A stretch of 64,000 bases of DNA, from the NCBI GenBank assembly GCA_951406725.2, contig OX597819.1, positions 92,690,001 through 92,754,000 of the forward strand, given 5' to 3'. Under the pieces are notes generated by a model that made no database searches, was not told the DNA's origin, and saw only the letters and a list, made by a program, of their open reading frames with translations. The DNA is from Octopus vulgaris. Taxonomy: Eukaryota. Position numbers and translations under genes: made by a program. This document shows, one piece after another, positions 25,812 through 41,640 of the stretch. Within the stretch, counting starts at the first letter, position 1; every line of letters begins with the position of its first letter.

Positions 25812-26380
25812 TATATTTATATATATATAAAGTTAAAGCAATCGAAAGCTGAAGCTGTCATTAAAACAAGACTAATGTTTCATAAAAATTCAATATATAA
25901 TATTTGAGCCTTTATAATAATTCTGTTGGTGATTTACTTGTTTAGATTCGTATATTCTTCTGGTGTATGGTTCAGTCATATTTTGAGCCGCTCGCTAGTT
26001 TTTCAGGATTTTGTTTCTGTGTTTTGCAGAATACGTTTTGTCATTTATTTATGTGCAGTGGATTATCAATTTAACACGAATGAAAAAAAAAAAATTTTCG
26101 ATCGTTTAGCATCTAATTCTCGGCAACAAATTGTGAGACATTTTGCTGTATATACCAGAATCGATAATAATAGATAAGCTTTCGAAATATCTCTCAATTC
26201 TTTTTTTACCGACTACAAGCAGTAACTTGTTGAGGAAAACTCTGCGTGAAGTGCCACCATTTTACAACGAGAGGAAAGTTGCTATGATACGAAAATATTT
26301 GTGACGTCCCCACCTCACTCCCTAGAATCGTAGAAGTATTGACAACGGTTTTGTATATGTGTGTGTATGTGTATATAAAC

Positions 26381-26417
<37 letters not shown>

Positions 26418-26483
26418 TATCTATATATCTCTCTATGTATATGTATATATATATATGTACATATCTATATATATCTCTATGTT

Positions 26484-26531
<48 letters not shown>

Positions 26532-28779
26532 TATCTATATATCTCTCTATGTATATGTATATATATATATATTGTTTTATTTATGTATATATGTATGTAT
26601 GTGTGTATATTTTTCGCGAATTTATTCTAACAAATTTGAAGCCATAGTGCTGTTTCGCCATTGGTAGAGATTTGTTTGCTGGGGTTAAATTGGAGTAGTT
26701 TTAGATGTAAGGATTCCATGCTGCTGCCACTAAGCTATTCATTTCTTATTTATTCTAGTTGATTTTTTGCTCTTGTTTAAAAGATTGTTTTTCCATCTAA
26801 CGCTGATTTGAGTATGCTCTTGACGTGTCGTTTATGAGCATACTTAATCATCTTGGGAGAGATGCATTCGTTCAACCTATGTAATTCTTCATCGTTATTG
26901 TAAAAAGACGATGAACATGACAAAAGTTGAGAAAATTGGAATTCAGAACAAAGAGTGCCAATCCAAATTATAAAGTAAGTCTAGTCCAACGTTTTCGTAC
27001 CCTTTCCATTTTATTAATTATTTACTTTTACTAAGAGAAACCCATAGTTTAGAGAATGTGCCTTACAATTCAGTATTATATATTAAGTCATGTATAGGTT
27101 TAACGTTTTGTTGTCAGTGTAAAAGCCAAAGCCATCGCTGCTGGTTAGCTCGTAGGGATAAGGAACTAAATTTTGTATAACACTTAGCTTTACCTTTTAA
27201 TATTTCTTCTATTTTCCATTCTATGTTGTAAATCTTTTGATATATAAGTAGTTCTTCGTAGCCAAAAGAAAAATCAGTCGAATTCCTTCTTGAACATTAC
27301 TGCTGCATATTTTATCAAGATCAGCACGGGCAACCTTTTTTAAGAAGCGCGCCGTATGAGCTGCACTACTAATAAAATTGAAGGTAATTTCTCGTATGGC
27401 AAACCATTCAGAAGATTCTGCATATCGCCTGCTGCCCAAAGGCCTCAGGTTTCCCATGTAAAATCAAGATTATGGAATAAATGGGTAATGACTAGAGTAT
27501 GAAAAGTACAGTAAGAAAATTCGAGTTTCTTTTATTAAAACGTCACAGTTCAGTTTTACTCGAATAATGATCCATTTTTAGCATAGACACATGACCTGAA
27601 AAAATTCAAGTTGGGGGTATATTCGAGCGAATTGGTCCAGTTTAACTAGACTGATTCCTATTTTATTGACTGCAGAACAATTAATAAGAGTAACTTTCGG
27701 AGTGATTCGGACCCAGAATTCAACGATATATAAAGAAATACGTGATGCCTTTAGTCCGACAATTTGTTTCTAACAATCTTTTTAACGATTAACTTATACA
27801 TTAATAGTATTTGTCTGCTAGAGGTTATAAACCAAATAAGAAAACTCACTCTATCGTATAAGCGAAATGAAACAGAGTTTAGATCTTTATATCCTAATCT
27901 ACGATGCTTAATATATATTATACTGTGAAGATGATTTCATTAAATGTTCAGTTATTCTGTATACATTTATCAAGAACATCTAATCATTACACAACTGATT
28001 TCTTCTTGCACTATTTTTACCTTCTCGATATTATTCCATTATATTGTCTTTAGTTATTTGTTTCTTTTCCAATATTTCTTTTCCTTGCATCTTTCCCAGT
28101 TTATAATTGCTTTATACACTTTTCATCTATGCAGCTTTTTTTCAAGTAACTCATCGGTTTCCGGAAAGTAACTTGCTACAATGTCGACAAATTGTATTAT
28201 GGAGAATACATGAGTTTCCGACAAGGACAAGACCATATATATTTAAAAGATGGAAAAGATTTACTTTCGTTGTATTTTATTGTTTCATGGACTGCAGATT
28301 AGCAGAATAGTTAAGCGTGGGACAAAATACCTTGCATGTTTTCTTCCGGCCCAGTATGTTAAAACTTCAAAACTCACCAAGGTCAACTTTTCTTTTTATC
28401 CTTTCAGAGCTGATAAGATTATTCTTTTAGTCAAAAATTGAAGTCTATGGTATCAACAAACAAACCTTCTGCATCAAAATTTTCGTGTTTTGTGTTTTGC
28501 TAGAAATTATTCTGCACTAATGACAAAGTGGGGCAAATGGAATCGGATTAAGTCTACCTTTGATTATGGTAACATATAATGTAGAACTCAATTAATAAAA
28601 CTACAAAGACTTAACATCAATGAACTGCACTATTTTGAAGGTCTATAGTTCTTTGTTATCACCGAACTATACCTAACATATGTTTTTTTTTTTCACGTAT
28701 CTAAAATATATAAAATCGATATAAATAAGTTTGTATCTTTATTTGTAAATGTAATAAATAAACATCAAAGAATGTAACA

Positions 28780-29930
28780 AATATTTTTGAGGCATTTTCC
28801 TGTAGAACAACAGTTGTGAAGTTAATAATGAAAGACGATATCAGGAAAGAACATTTCCTGTGGATAAGGAGAATGCCAAAGACAAATTCAATTTTATAAA
28901 TACCAGCATTCCCATAAACTTGGGGGTCATATCCATCATCAACTACAACACCAGAACAATCAAATGGACAAAAGAAGACCTTGAGAATATAAATATATAA
29001 AAAAACGGAAATTGCTAGCAAACTACAAGGCCTTATATCCACAGGCAGATGTTGACATACTGTATTTCACAGAACAGATGAATAGTGTAGACAGGAAGAA
29101 GCAGTGAGGAAGTATGTTGCTGTCAGTGAAGAGATGTTTTTGATAGCTTTAAGAAGAGATCTGTTAGCTGAAGGAATAGAAAAAAATGCAAAGCCCTCTG
29201 AGTCAGAAAGCAACGTACAAACAGAAAACTTTATAGGGAAAGTGTTTTTCAATGTACCGAAAGCTATCAACATCACAAGACATTTCAATGATTAAAGAAG
29301 GGAGCGTTAATGAAAGCAATAGACAGTTTGATTCTAGCTCCTCAGGATCAATCAATCAGCGCAAAATTCACCAGGTAGGAGTTAAGAAAGACATCTCGGC
29401 TGAATATAGAAGATGTGGTGAAAGAGAAGAAATGTTTGTGAATATAGTACCTGATTGTATCATACCTGATTGTATCATACCTGATCAGAGGGTCTATAAG
29501 AAATAGGAAGTCGACAAAGATGTTATAATCATACATTGGCGAACCTGTAAAAAAATATGGATTTGAACACATGGGAAAATGGTATGACCATAAAATAGAA
29601 CACATCCTTGAAAATGATCGTAAAGTTATTAAGAGGTATGAAATTTCAAATGGACAATCAAATAACATTTTGATCCCCAGATATTGTTTTACTCAATCAA
29701 AATGAAAGAGTATGCTGCTTAATCGATGTTGCTTGCCTGTTTGGGATAGGCATGGCAAACAAAGAGCACGAGAAAAAAAAATAGCGTGACCTAAAAATCA
29801 GATATTGCCGTCAAGTTATAATTATCCTATTTATAATAGGTGGCTTAAAAACAGTTACACGAAATTTTAATGGTTGATTGAAGACGACGAATATCGGGAT
29901 GAATTTCCTGAATCAACAAAAACCTTGTTT
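28780..29930 (+). mobile_element. R4/Dong-like RLE-type LINE fragment
   Basis: WTKEDL, YPQADVD, RRCGEREE (zinc-knuckle remnant), IHWRTCKKYGF..KWYDH, PDIVL..LIDVA restriction-like endonuclease motifs across frameshifts. Confidence 0.7.
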
Positions 29931-30799
29931 CTTATATGACACAGTAACTATTATAACGAAAGTACAAGCTTTATACAAACATTTCTTACTGATTATAGAA
30001 AATGGACTAGCTTTATGCAAACATTTCTTATTGATTATGAAAAATGGAACATTAACATGGATGATAACAGAAGGGCCATGCTAATATAGAAGGAAAAGAA
30101 AAGGGAATGAAAATTCAGTAATTATAGAGCAATTGATACTGACGATTACTCTGGAAATTATAAAGTTGTTTATAGCAGATGAAGTGTATAGATTTCTTGT
30201 GAAGTGGAGTCTATCATCAGGGATGCCGAAAGACATCAAAGGGAACTGCTGATCTATTGTATATTAATAGCCTGATACTAAATGAGCTACGAATAAGAAA
30301 GAAGTTAACTGTTGGGTGAATATATAAAAGAAGGTCCCATACTGCAGGTTCTTGGAGTCTTTCAGAACGCTCGGGGTCAATGAGAAGATAGACAGTTTTT
30401 ATCTTATCTTTATATAGGAAAATAACGAAAAATCTCTACTGGAATACCTTCATTGCTTTCTTAATACTTACCCCATAAAAGCAAATGGAAATGCAGAGGA
30501 AAGAAGTGCAAATTCTTCCACGGGAAAAGAAACAAATGTTTTCTAAAAACAAGAAAATAATTACGCGACACAAGAAATTATGATTTACATTTATATATAC
30601 TCTTCTATTCACTTAAATTGTTTACGTAATTTTTTTTACCTATCATGAGTGTAAAACGGCTGACACCTCCGAGTACACTACGTTGAATTAAGATGCTGAA
30701 GAAAACCACTAGACTGAATTTAAAATTGTTGAAATGGTTAGCAGATAGCAAACGGTAGATGTGTGTAAGACTTAAAGCTTGGCAATATCAACGATTAGA

Positions 30800-31260
30800 A
30801 CCATCAATTAAAATAAGGTACAAAATAAAAGCTGTTACCATGACGACTGCTTTGTTATCAGGAAACATGGGAGGAATAAATCTTTGGAAAAATGTTAAAC
30901 ATGCCTGTTTAGACTACGCAATGCAACACAAGGTATTATTTAGCCAACTATGAAGGATAAACCAAGAAACATCGTCAGGCACAAGGAAACAAATGGCAAT
31001 GCATTCGCAGCTATTAGAAGCTCGTTTGATAAATTCAAACAGTGTAGCTGTAAGTATAGACAGCAAGGCAGCTAATGTAATTTCTAATGTTATTAAGAGT
31101 ATCATCAATCGTGGAAATTACCCTACTGAAAATGTATTCAATGTAGATGCATCAGCCTGTTCTAGAAAAGATTACTATAGAGCACTTTCATCTCTTAACA
31201 AGAAAAAAACAAACTTCTCTTGATACAAGGTCGGCAAACACTGCCTAACTTCATTCTTAA
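30800..31260 (+). pseudogene. pogo/Tigger transposase relic
   Basis: II.RGNYPTENVFNVD motif, then RTFIS- and K..L-like segments. Confidence 0.5.
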
Positions 31261-31530
31261 TTTCATCATAGATTTAGATTAGTCTGTGTAATATATTGAT
31301 TAGGGTTTTCTAGAAATATTAAGCCATTAAGAAAGAAACGAGATATTTCAGTCTTCTCCCGAATGTTATCTCATTTGTATTCATATTACTGTTAAAAAAG
31401 CGCTTGCCAAACTAGAATCTTTGTTTATGTTATATTAACCCCGTATACCGCTCTTTCCTTTAACCCTGCAACGTATCTTGAGTGCTAATCGAGATACATA
31501 CATCCCCGCACATGTTTGTACATATATATA

Positions 31531-31566
<36 letters not shown>

Positions 31567-32224
31567 TGTATGTATGTATGTATGTATGTATGTATATGTA
31601 TATATTACAGAAAATAAAGTAAATTTCGAACGTGTGATAGCTATGAAAACAGCCTAGAAAATTGGGTACATATCCCTATAAGACGGAAAAAAAAATTGCC
31701 ACCAAGCGGCTGCGGAGAGAGCCATTCCTGTTCCTCACAAATACCCATTGATTGATGTGTACCAGTAAGACAAGCTGACCCTGACAGCATGTTCTGTCTA
31801 TTATAAGGTTAAATAATAACTTTTGGAAAGTGAGACCACTTTTATTAGACAAACTTAGAAGCTATCTCGCGTTCGAAATTTACTTTATTTTCTGTAAAAT
31901 ACCAACCCACTCACCGCTTCTACTTTTGTGTGTAGGTATGTATATATATGTGTGTGTGTGCCTGCGTATGTGTGTGTATGTATATATATATATGTGTATG
32001 TATATATATATATATGTGTATGTATGTATGAATGTATTTATGTATGTATATGTGGTGGGGCGGCAGTGCAAGAAGCGAAAGAATGCGTTGGAAAGTTAGA
32101 AAGGTCGGCATGAAGTAATAAAAACATTTGAGGTAAGTGATCAGAAGAGTTTTTGAAGACAGAAAAGTTATATAAAATCGAAAAAGAAACTGTAAGAAAG
32201 GGAGGGATAGATAGATAGATAGAT

Positions 32225-32268
<44 letters not shown>

Positions 32269-34299
32269 GAAGACAGAGATAAAGAAAGGAAAAAGAGAGA
32301 GATAAATGGAGTGATAAAGAGGGAATATGGGAAGAGATAAAGAGAGTGAAATCATTGAAAGGAATAAATTGAAGAGAGATGCGAAGTAAGACAAAATCAT
32401 TGATGAGGTAGAAGGGGAAGGGCTAGACTGGGTGGAAACATATGAGGGAGAGGTGGTCTGTCGCCGCCACTAGAATGAATACATTCATGACTTGAATAAA
32501 CAGAAAGAACGAAACAATAGTTTCAAACAACCGATTTGTAATTTATATCAATTCAGTAATATCCAAACGTTTGTAATGAAAATACAAATATTAATGCTGT
32601 TAGGTAGTCATTAAACGTTGTTAGCTGCCTCATCAATTGACAATGCAAAACGGAATTTGACCTCGGCCCAAACTGAAGACAATGTTCTCATGCAGAATTT
32701 ATCAGAAATATTGCAAACAGTTATAATCAGATATTATGGCGGTGATTTGCATTATTAATGGCTGAACTACAGTGTCTCGCCGAAAGAGAAGGTTTTAGAA
32801 AAGGATTTGGGTTTAATTAGCCTTTATAATAGTGGGCGAGTCTCGATAAACAATTTCAGCATTGTTTCGATCGCTGAAGAATTAAATATTCCGATGTACC
32901 TTTATTAATATTCACATAATATCCTATTCAAATCTAAACAACATATTTTACGCAAAAAATATTAGCAAATCCCCTGTGTCAAGATTGAAATAGTTGAGAC
33001 AGCAAATGAAAAGCTTTGATTTCAGTTGAGAAATCTTCATTTAGTCTATTTACTTAATCAGTTATCGACGTCAGTGGCAGCAAGCCAAATGGGCCATTAA
33101 TTGATTGTCTTTCTTCTAGCTGTTTGAACTTGGCTCACAGTTTTGATATATACTAATTTGATTGCTGTAGCTTTTAACGACCTCAAAAAATATCAGTGTC
33201 GGTTCTAATTAGTGCATTAGTCATACAAGAGAATACTGGCGTCAGTTGACCACTTTGAAACAGTTTTAACTTGATGACACTGTTGACACAAGAGTCACTG
33301 CATTAATTCCATACATTGACCATCCTAAATTATTACCTCCTCGCTGCACAATTCAAATGGTTGCTCAGATTGTCAGATAGCATGCATAGTACAATATTAA
33401 TTCATTTCCGAATAACAATAAGCCCTGACTCATATAACCAAAATATGCATCAACTTAGTTTTTATATTTCTTATAGTAGTGGCTATAACCGAAACGGTAC
33501 ACTACTTCATGGGGCGGACTACTATATCCGTTTCTTTCCTGCGTTCAAATCTCACTCGGTTTAGCTTTTTCGTATTCCTTCGATTCAGACAATAAAATTC
33601 TCACGATAAACTTGCTTCCAGCGAATCACCTATATGCCTATACCACAAGAAAAAATTTTCTTTCAAGGGAATTCCTTATTTTGCTACTATGATTAAAGAT
33701 GTAATTCTTTGTCATCGTTTTTATTTTCGTTGTTGTAGTTATCGATACTCGTGTTAAGTAGAATATTCTAGCTGTAGAAATGTGTTATTATCTGTACTGT
33801 ATTATCCTTAATATAGTATTGTGCTCAATTTAACAAGTATCACCGATACAATGGTATCGGCTCAGCTGACTCTTAATTGAAGGTAAACCCATCTTAATTC
33901 AAATAGTCTTATCCCTGATCAAAGTGAATACTTGCACTTACTAGAAAGATTTAAATAAGAACAACGCAAAGAAATAAAGCGGGTGGAGATTTTTAAAAGC
34001 CAGTTACTGTTCACTGCAAGGATCATTCCACTGTTCATTTGACATGATTTTCTAATAGGTTTGTGAAACTATAAAGACTGTAATACGTTACTCTATTGCC
34101 AACATTTCGTCACAAATATTTATACCTGTGTGCTATTTATTATTTCTATTTATTGGAGCATTCGCTAATGGATCACAGGTAACAACAACGGTTGTATTTT
34201 GGTTGGTATAATCGTAAACACAGACTCAATGCCAACGTGTAACAGTCTGGTGCTGTTTGGTAAACATTGGCGTTATCGTTGAATTATATTGCATATAAA

Positions 34300-35750
34300 T
34301 TAAAAGGCCCCCCTTTCCATTTATATTATTAAGTTTCTCTGTGGAAGTTCCAGGCTTCAACATTAAGAAATTTCTCAAACAACACTCATATGTATACATA
34401 TCCTCTTCAGAGTTATTGGATAAATTTCCAGAAATAAAATACATAGGAGTACTAGATTCATGATATAATACGAGAAAATTATGGTCAATAAAACTGAATT
34501 AACAATACCGTTTTATAGATGAATTAGCATTTTTCTTTAAAACATCAAACGGTTTTTGAATACCAGACATCTTTTGTCCAAGGTATGAAAAAATCCTCAT
34601 ACAGTTTCTTCACTGTCGAAAATTTGATAAAAACGAGTTTCTCTTCATCATTACCATATTTATTTTCTTTTTGCATTGCCAATTTAAATTTTCTTTAGTC
34701 GTAAAATCTTAATGGGAGACAATTTCGTTCATTCACATCTTCACTAGTGACCTACAAATCGAAATAATTCATAAGCTGTAGAGTTTCCTTCTTTAAAATA
34801 TGGTTTTTAAACAGTCATGACGTTTTATATTGTTCATTCTCTTTTCTCATTCTAAGGGCTCCACTATTATTGATAGCATTACAAATAGTTTAAACTTTTC
34901 AAAACTCATTTGGATTAGGCTTATCTCCCTTATCACTCGCTTTGGTAGTCATTCTTTGATCCATTGGCTGAATATTTCTTTTGCTATTTAGAAGCATATA
35001 TATCACTTTAATTTCAGAATAAATTATGCAATACTGGTGGTATTATCTACTTCTAGCAATGTCTTAAATGGTAAATTATTCTTGGCACAATATTCTTTAA
35101 TTGCAGCAAGAAAATTAAACATTAAAACAATCTTGAAACATAACTGTAGAAACCCAATACATTACATTTTATTTTTTGATTTCTAAATGACTGATATCGT
35201 ACCTATAAACTACGCTTTCAAACTTGCACGATTTTCAGCATGTTACAATAATAACATCGGATCCAGTTTAATGCCACCAGATATATTGTAATAAACAAGT
35301 AGTGTCAGTTTTCCCTAACCGCTTTATATTCGAATACATTTTCCTCTTTAGCAGATATGTTCTTCCAGAAATATGCTGATCAATACATCCCCCTTCAACA
35401 AATGCTTCTTTACTTATACTTGCTATCTTCTTTATCAGTTTAAGATTATGCAAACAGTACTTTCTTGAACTTTTCAAACTATCCTTTGCTTGCGTGAAAT
35501 TCTGGACTAGCTGTAGTTGTTCTTCTGTATGTTTCTTCAAATCTGCTTATAAATGATAGCCTTATCTTGAATTATAGTAAGATTCATAACCACATTAGTC
35601 ATTGAATGAACTCCCTGCTTTCAATGGGATTTTCATTTTTCTGTCATTATACCCTGTTTTCTTCTGTTTGACACACAACACTCGCCGTCATATTTCCTGC
35701 ATTTTAATTTAGTTTTCATCGTTTATAACTAAAAAAAAACAAAACATTTC
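34300..35750 (-). mobile_element. Highly degraded LINE RT-region relic
   Basis: KGDKPNPNEF resembles KGDxxxPxNYR; otherwise weak. Confidence 0.3.
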
Positions 35751-35824
35751 GTTGGCTAATTCTCGAATTCCTCTTTACTGAAGATTGAAATTAGTTACCA
35801 ATTACTTTCAGAACAGTTAATATT

Positions 35825-36222
35825 CTCTCTTTCACTTGTTTCAGTCATTTGACTACGGCCATGCTGGAGCACCGCCTTTAGTCGATCATATCGGTCCAGG
35901 ACTTATTCTTTGGAAGTCTAGTACTTACTCTGTCGATCCCTTTTGCCGAACCGCTAAGTTACGAGGACGTAAACACACCAGCATCGGTTGTCAAACAATG
36001 TTGGGGGACAAACACAGACACAAAAAAACACACACACATATATATACATATATATATACAACGGGCTTCTTTCAGTTTCCGTCTACCAAATCCACTCACA
36101 CGGCTTTGGTCGGCCCGAGGCTATTGTAGAAGACACTTTCCCAAGGTGTCACGCAGTGGGACTCGACCCGGAACTATATGGTTGGTAAGCAAGCGACTTA
36201 CAACACAGTCACGCCTGCGCCT
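35825..36222 (-). mobile_element. OR/OK-like tRNA SINE
   Basis: Reverse-complement similarity to 9385-9815. Confidence 0.85.
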
Positions 36223-36984
36223 ATTATCCATATTTCACTCAGTTGATTTGTTTCCTGCAGTCTAAACTTCGTTACACTTAAAATATCTCTGACATAGGCA
36301 CAAGGTCACAATTTTGAATGAAAGAAAAACAAATTATATCAACTCAAGAAAATAACTTGCATTTTATTTTATCGAAGGTGGCAGAATGAAATGTAATATC
36401 ACCCGCAACGGGATTTGAACTCGGAAAGTAATATATAGGAGAAATATATAGAAAAGCCCTAGAAATGCACCTTTTGTATAATGGCGACATGTTGAAAATA
36501 ACTGACCCGGTATCGGTTCGTTTACAACGATAAATTAGCAGTAAATTGTCTTCGTGATCATCATGCTCGCCATTGATTTTCGATCGCCAGTAACAATATC
36601 TTGCGTGGGCACATGATTTTATGAATTTTCATCAATAAGCAATTTTATTCTATTTTCGTAAATAAACGATTCTTTTCTGGCCTGTTTCCGACAAAGCTGG
36701 AATAGATCAAAGCAATGTTTGCATTCAATATATAATTACTAGCTTCTCATGACATTGTGCCCTTTCAAAAAATTAGGTGGGGAGAATGAAGAAAAAAATT
36801 TACATTTCATATACCAAATGCTGTTCAGTCACAAATGTGTGAATGTCCGAAATTTTAGGATAGATAAATTACATTAGGGCACTCCGAAAATCCGAGAAAC
36901 ACGCAGCTCGAACAGAAAATCTCAAGAATTACTACTGTATGTGTGTATGAGAAAGAGAGGGTGGAAGAGAAGGAATGCTTATTC

Positions 36985-37307
36985 TTTTATTCCTTTATTT
37001 GTTTCAGTCATTTGACTGCGGCCATGTTGGAGCACCACCTTTAGTCGCACAAATCGACTCCAGGACTTACGAGGATATCAACACACCAACATTAGATGTC
37101 AAGCTATGGTGGAGGGGGGGGACAAACATAGACACACAAACACAAATACACACACACACACACATATACATATATATACGACGGGCTTCTTTCAGTTTCC
37201 GTCGGCCCGAGGTTATAGTAGAAGACACTCGGCCAATGTGCCACGCAGTGGAACTGATCCCAGAACTATGTGGTTGGGAAGTCAGCTTCTTACCATATAG
37301 TCACGCA
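36985..37307 (-). mobile_element. OR/OK-like SINE with internal deletions
   Basis: Reverse-complement similarity to other copies. Confidence 0.8.
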
Positions 37308-37887
37308 TAAGTGCGCGCGTGTGTGCGTGCGTGTGTGTGTGCGTGTGTGTGTGTGTGCATGTGTGAATGTATAGTGCTGTATATATGCATGCATCTGTGT
37401 GAATGTGTATTCATATAAGTATGTATGTTTGCTCCTTCGCGTGCGTGCTTGCACGCCAGTGTGTTGAAGTCAACGATTCAGTCATTCGATAGTCAGAATT
37501 TTTCACTAAGAGCAATCCTTCTGGCTTCGACTCTGATTGGTGATGTAGTGAAGCAATTTCATGCATACTAAAAAAGCCCAACCGCATGAAATGAATGCTC
37601 TTTTCTCCCATTTGTACGCACACGCGCGCGAGCACGCACACACATACGCGCAAATACACGCGCGCACACAAACATTCCCTATTTCAGCCTTCGCACATAC
37701 ACATGTGTATAGACGTATGTGTGTTTGTATATGTGCCTGTGCTTTTTTTTTATCGCGTGTGTGTGTAATACTTATCCGTTTTTACACGTGTTAATGAAGG
37801 GTTGAGAAACTTGCTTGCCTGGCATATAGCCATGGTTTCAGTTCCACAGTCTGGTATTTTCGCCAAATGTCTTCTACGATTTCTACA

Positions 37888-37918
<31 letters not shown>

Positions 37919-38042
37919 TGTGTGTGTGCGTGTATGCGTGCGTGTGCGTGCGTGGATAAACATGTGTGTATGAATAAATATAAATATATAGATATATATA
38001 CATATATACATACATGCATACACATACGTTCATCATATATAA

Positions 38043-38080
<38 letters not shown>

Positions 38081-38091
38081 TTATATATCAA

Positions 38092-38168
<77 letters not shown>

Positions 38169-38378
38169 ATCTATCTATCTACTTATCTTAGCATATAAGC
38201 AAAAATTTAGATTCGGATGAATATGGTACTTAAGTTGAGGCATTAGAATTTAGTACGGTACTATCCATACAATTTCAAAATAAGGTGATTAAGATCAAAA
38301 TAAGCAACAAAGATATCCAGAGGTAATGCAGTGCGATCGTTTCATGCAACTCCATTCAATATATAGATACATACATAC

Positions 38379-38447
<69 letters not shown>

Positions 38448-38469
38448 CACACACACATATATATATATT

Positions 38470-38577
<108 letters not shown>

Positions 38578-39209
38578 CATATACACAGAGATACACACAC
38601 ACAGAGAGATACGCACACCATATATGTATCTATGTGTATGTATGTTTGTGATTAACCCTCAGCATAGGATCACAACTGGTGTTGTTTGTTTACTTCCCAG
38701 TGTTTTAGCAGTGCAGTAAATGAAACCGAGGGAATAAGTAACATGTTTTAAATGTTGCACTGTAGTCGATTTATTCGACTAATATCCAGCATAGCAGTGC
38801 TCCAGCATAGTCGCAGTTCAATGGCTGTAAAAATAAACGATAAAAGACGTATTCATAATATAACAATTTTTATATTTATGTTAATAGTAATAAACATTAA
38901 AAAGCTGTACATTAATAGAAAAGAAATGATTTGAAGAACTGAATGCCTAATCTTAAATATTTAGTTTTCAACATTTTGGGGTTAGAATCTGTGTAGTTTG
39001 TAGTTCGACTCTGATTTTCATTATTGAAAGGTGTTCAAAATATGTATCTGTCAATTAATGAAGTTGGTATACAAAGTGTCCCAGAAAGACCTACACATGT
39101 GTAAAAGTCTTCCTAAAAGTATCGATTCAGGTAATATTTTGCATAAAATTTTGCAGATGTCTTTTGTTCATGTGTCTACTGTTTCGTTCGTCTATAATAA
39201 GTTTGTAAA

Positions 39210-39965
39210 CAAAACATGGCGTCGACCAGCTGGAGTGAGCAACAAGAACATTGCAAAACAATTGAATGTGTGTCATATACCAGTGTTTGATACCTGGAAA
39301 TGATACACGGAGTCCGCTACTGCTTCTAGCAAACCCTGGTGGGAAACGATCAATTCGTACCCAACAAACTGTTGAACCTATGAAGCAGTGAATGAACCGA
39401 AATCCCCGCAGGAGTGCAAGGTTATTTCGAAATCGTCAATGCGCAGGAGTTTTAAAGAGGATTTAAAGCTAACTATATACAAGAAACAATCCCGGCAGTT
39501 AATTTCAGCAGCTTCCAAAGAGGAACGTCTCGACAGGGGTAAAATCATCTCTGCTGAGATGAAATGTCTGACCCGACGAAAAGATCTACACTGTGGAGGC
39601 AGTTGCCAACAGGGAAAATGACAAGCCTTATGCACGTAATGCCGGAGACTTATGCCCGAAAGTAGTAGGATTCATTCACACCGTCTGAAGCCAGCTTCAT
39701 TCAAGATGTGGGCCGCAGTTACAGCTGATGGTTCAAAGTCTCCCTTGATCCTCACCAATGCTAGTGTCAAGATCAACAGTGAAGTTTATGTGGATGAGAA
39801 AGTGTTACCTTGTATCACAAAAACCTTTGTGACTGTTACATCTTTACTCCGATGCGCACATCCAATTTGGCATAGAGGTTGTGCAAAGAGCATTTCAGTG
39901 GCTTTTGGGACATGACGATATGGCCGCTCTCAAGTCCAGACACCAATCCCATGGACTTTGCTCGC
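39210..39965 (+). pseudogene. Tc1/mariner (maT-like) transposase relic
   Basis: IAKQLNV helix-turn-helix, DEKIYTVE, PASFKMWAAVTADGSKSPL, WPLSSPDTNPMDF; frameshifts and stops. Confidence 0.8.
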
Positions 39966-40888
39966 TACTATCCAAACGTACCAAATTTCATTATCCCACC
40001 TCAAGTGTATTTTGAATAATTAAGAAACATCAATGATTAAATATTTCTGGAACGACCAGCAATCGACTCTACTTTCCCCTTTAGATTTCTGCATCTGTGT
40101 CCGTATTAAAATTAGCAATGAAGGTGATTGATTTAACAAGAGCAGGAAGATGCCAGATTAAATGCCATTCAATATACAGTTATATATATTGAATGTTAGA
40201 CTGCAAATTCCAGCGGAGACTGAGATCGCCTTTCATCATTCTGGAGTCCATAATATAAAGTGGGGAGGTTACAATCGGCTACATACGCGCACAAAATGTA
40301 CGACCTTATTTCTAACGTATAAATCATATTCAGTTACGGCTCTTTATGTTCTGATTCTAAGTCTCACCGGGCGCGACGTTGTTATTTAAGCTTCTGAGGT
40401 CGATCAAACAAAGAACGATTAATATTAGAGCAATGTATAATTCTGTACATATTAGAGGTATTATACAGAAATCAGAATCATTAAAGGGAAATCAGAAATC
40501 AGAATCATTAAACAGAAATCAGGATCTTAGAATATCGGTAAAATTCTTTTCAGACCGAATCCAAGTTTCCTACACTATATTGCTTCCCTTCTTTCATGAC
40601 ATTGAGAAACGATAATTTACTCCATTTGTGAAGTCAAACACTCAGTCCTAACAATCACATGCCACATACCGGATTAGGAAATCAATTTCATTGATGTGTT
40701 TCATTTTTGTAATGTTGTGTTTTTGCTTTTAGTTGCGCTTGTTTATTTTGTCGCTCTTGTTGCTTCTCCTTTAGATGGTGTAATAGTGTAATAGTTTGCA
40801 ATGGGCGAAAGGTTCCGGCACATTTATTATATTCCGTTTGAACAATTCCACATCACACTGTTCCCACTATTGACTCCCGTTCGTAATC

Positions 40889-40984
<96 letters not shown>

Positions 40985-41040
40985 CTGTATGTATGTGTGT
41001 GTCTGCGTGGTTGTGTATATGTATGTATATATACACACAC

Positions 41041-41133
<93 letters not shown>

Positions 41134-41313
41134 AATATATGTGTATGTGCATGTGTGTGTATGTTTGTGCGTGTGATTCATGGATTTGCTTTTATCTCTG
41201 TATGCAAATGCAAAGCCAAAGGTCCAAATGCAAAATGTTTCCAATTTCTATTACCTCATAATTAATTTAAAAACATACATTCGCACACATGCATACGCGC
41301 ACACACACATATG

Positions 41314-41361
<48 letters not shown>

Positions 41362-41493
41362 CATTTATGTATATATATATATATAAATGTATAAAAATAC
41401 ATATATACACGTATGCATATATATTTACACACATTCAAAAATATGTATATATATGTGTGTGTATGCGTGTATATATGCATGCATGTATATATG

Positions 41494-41640
<147 letters not shown>

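Noticed and set aside
27221-27457. 78-aa ORF or possible exon
   Set aside because: No recognisable domain; no frame stays open between plausible plus-strand splice sites
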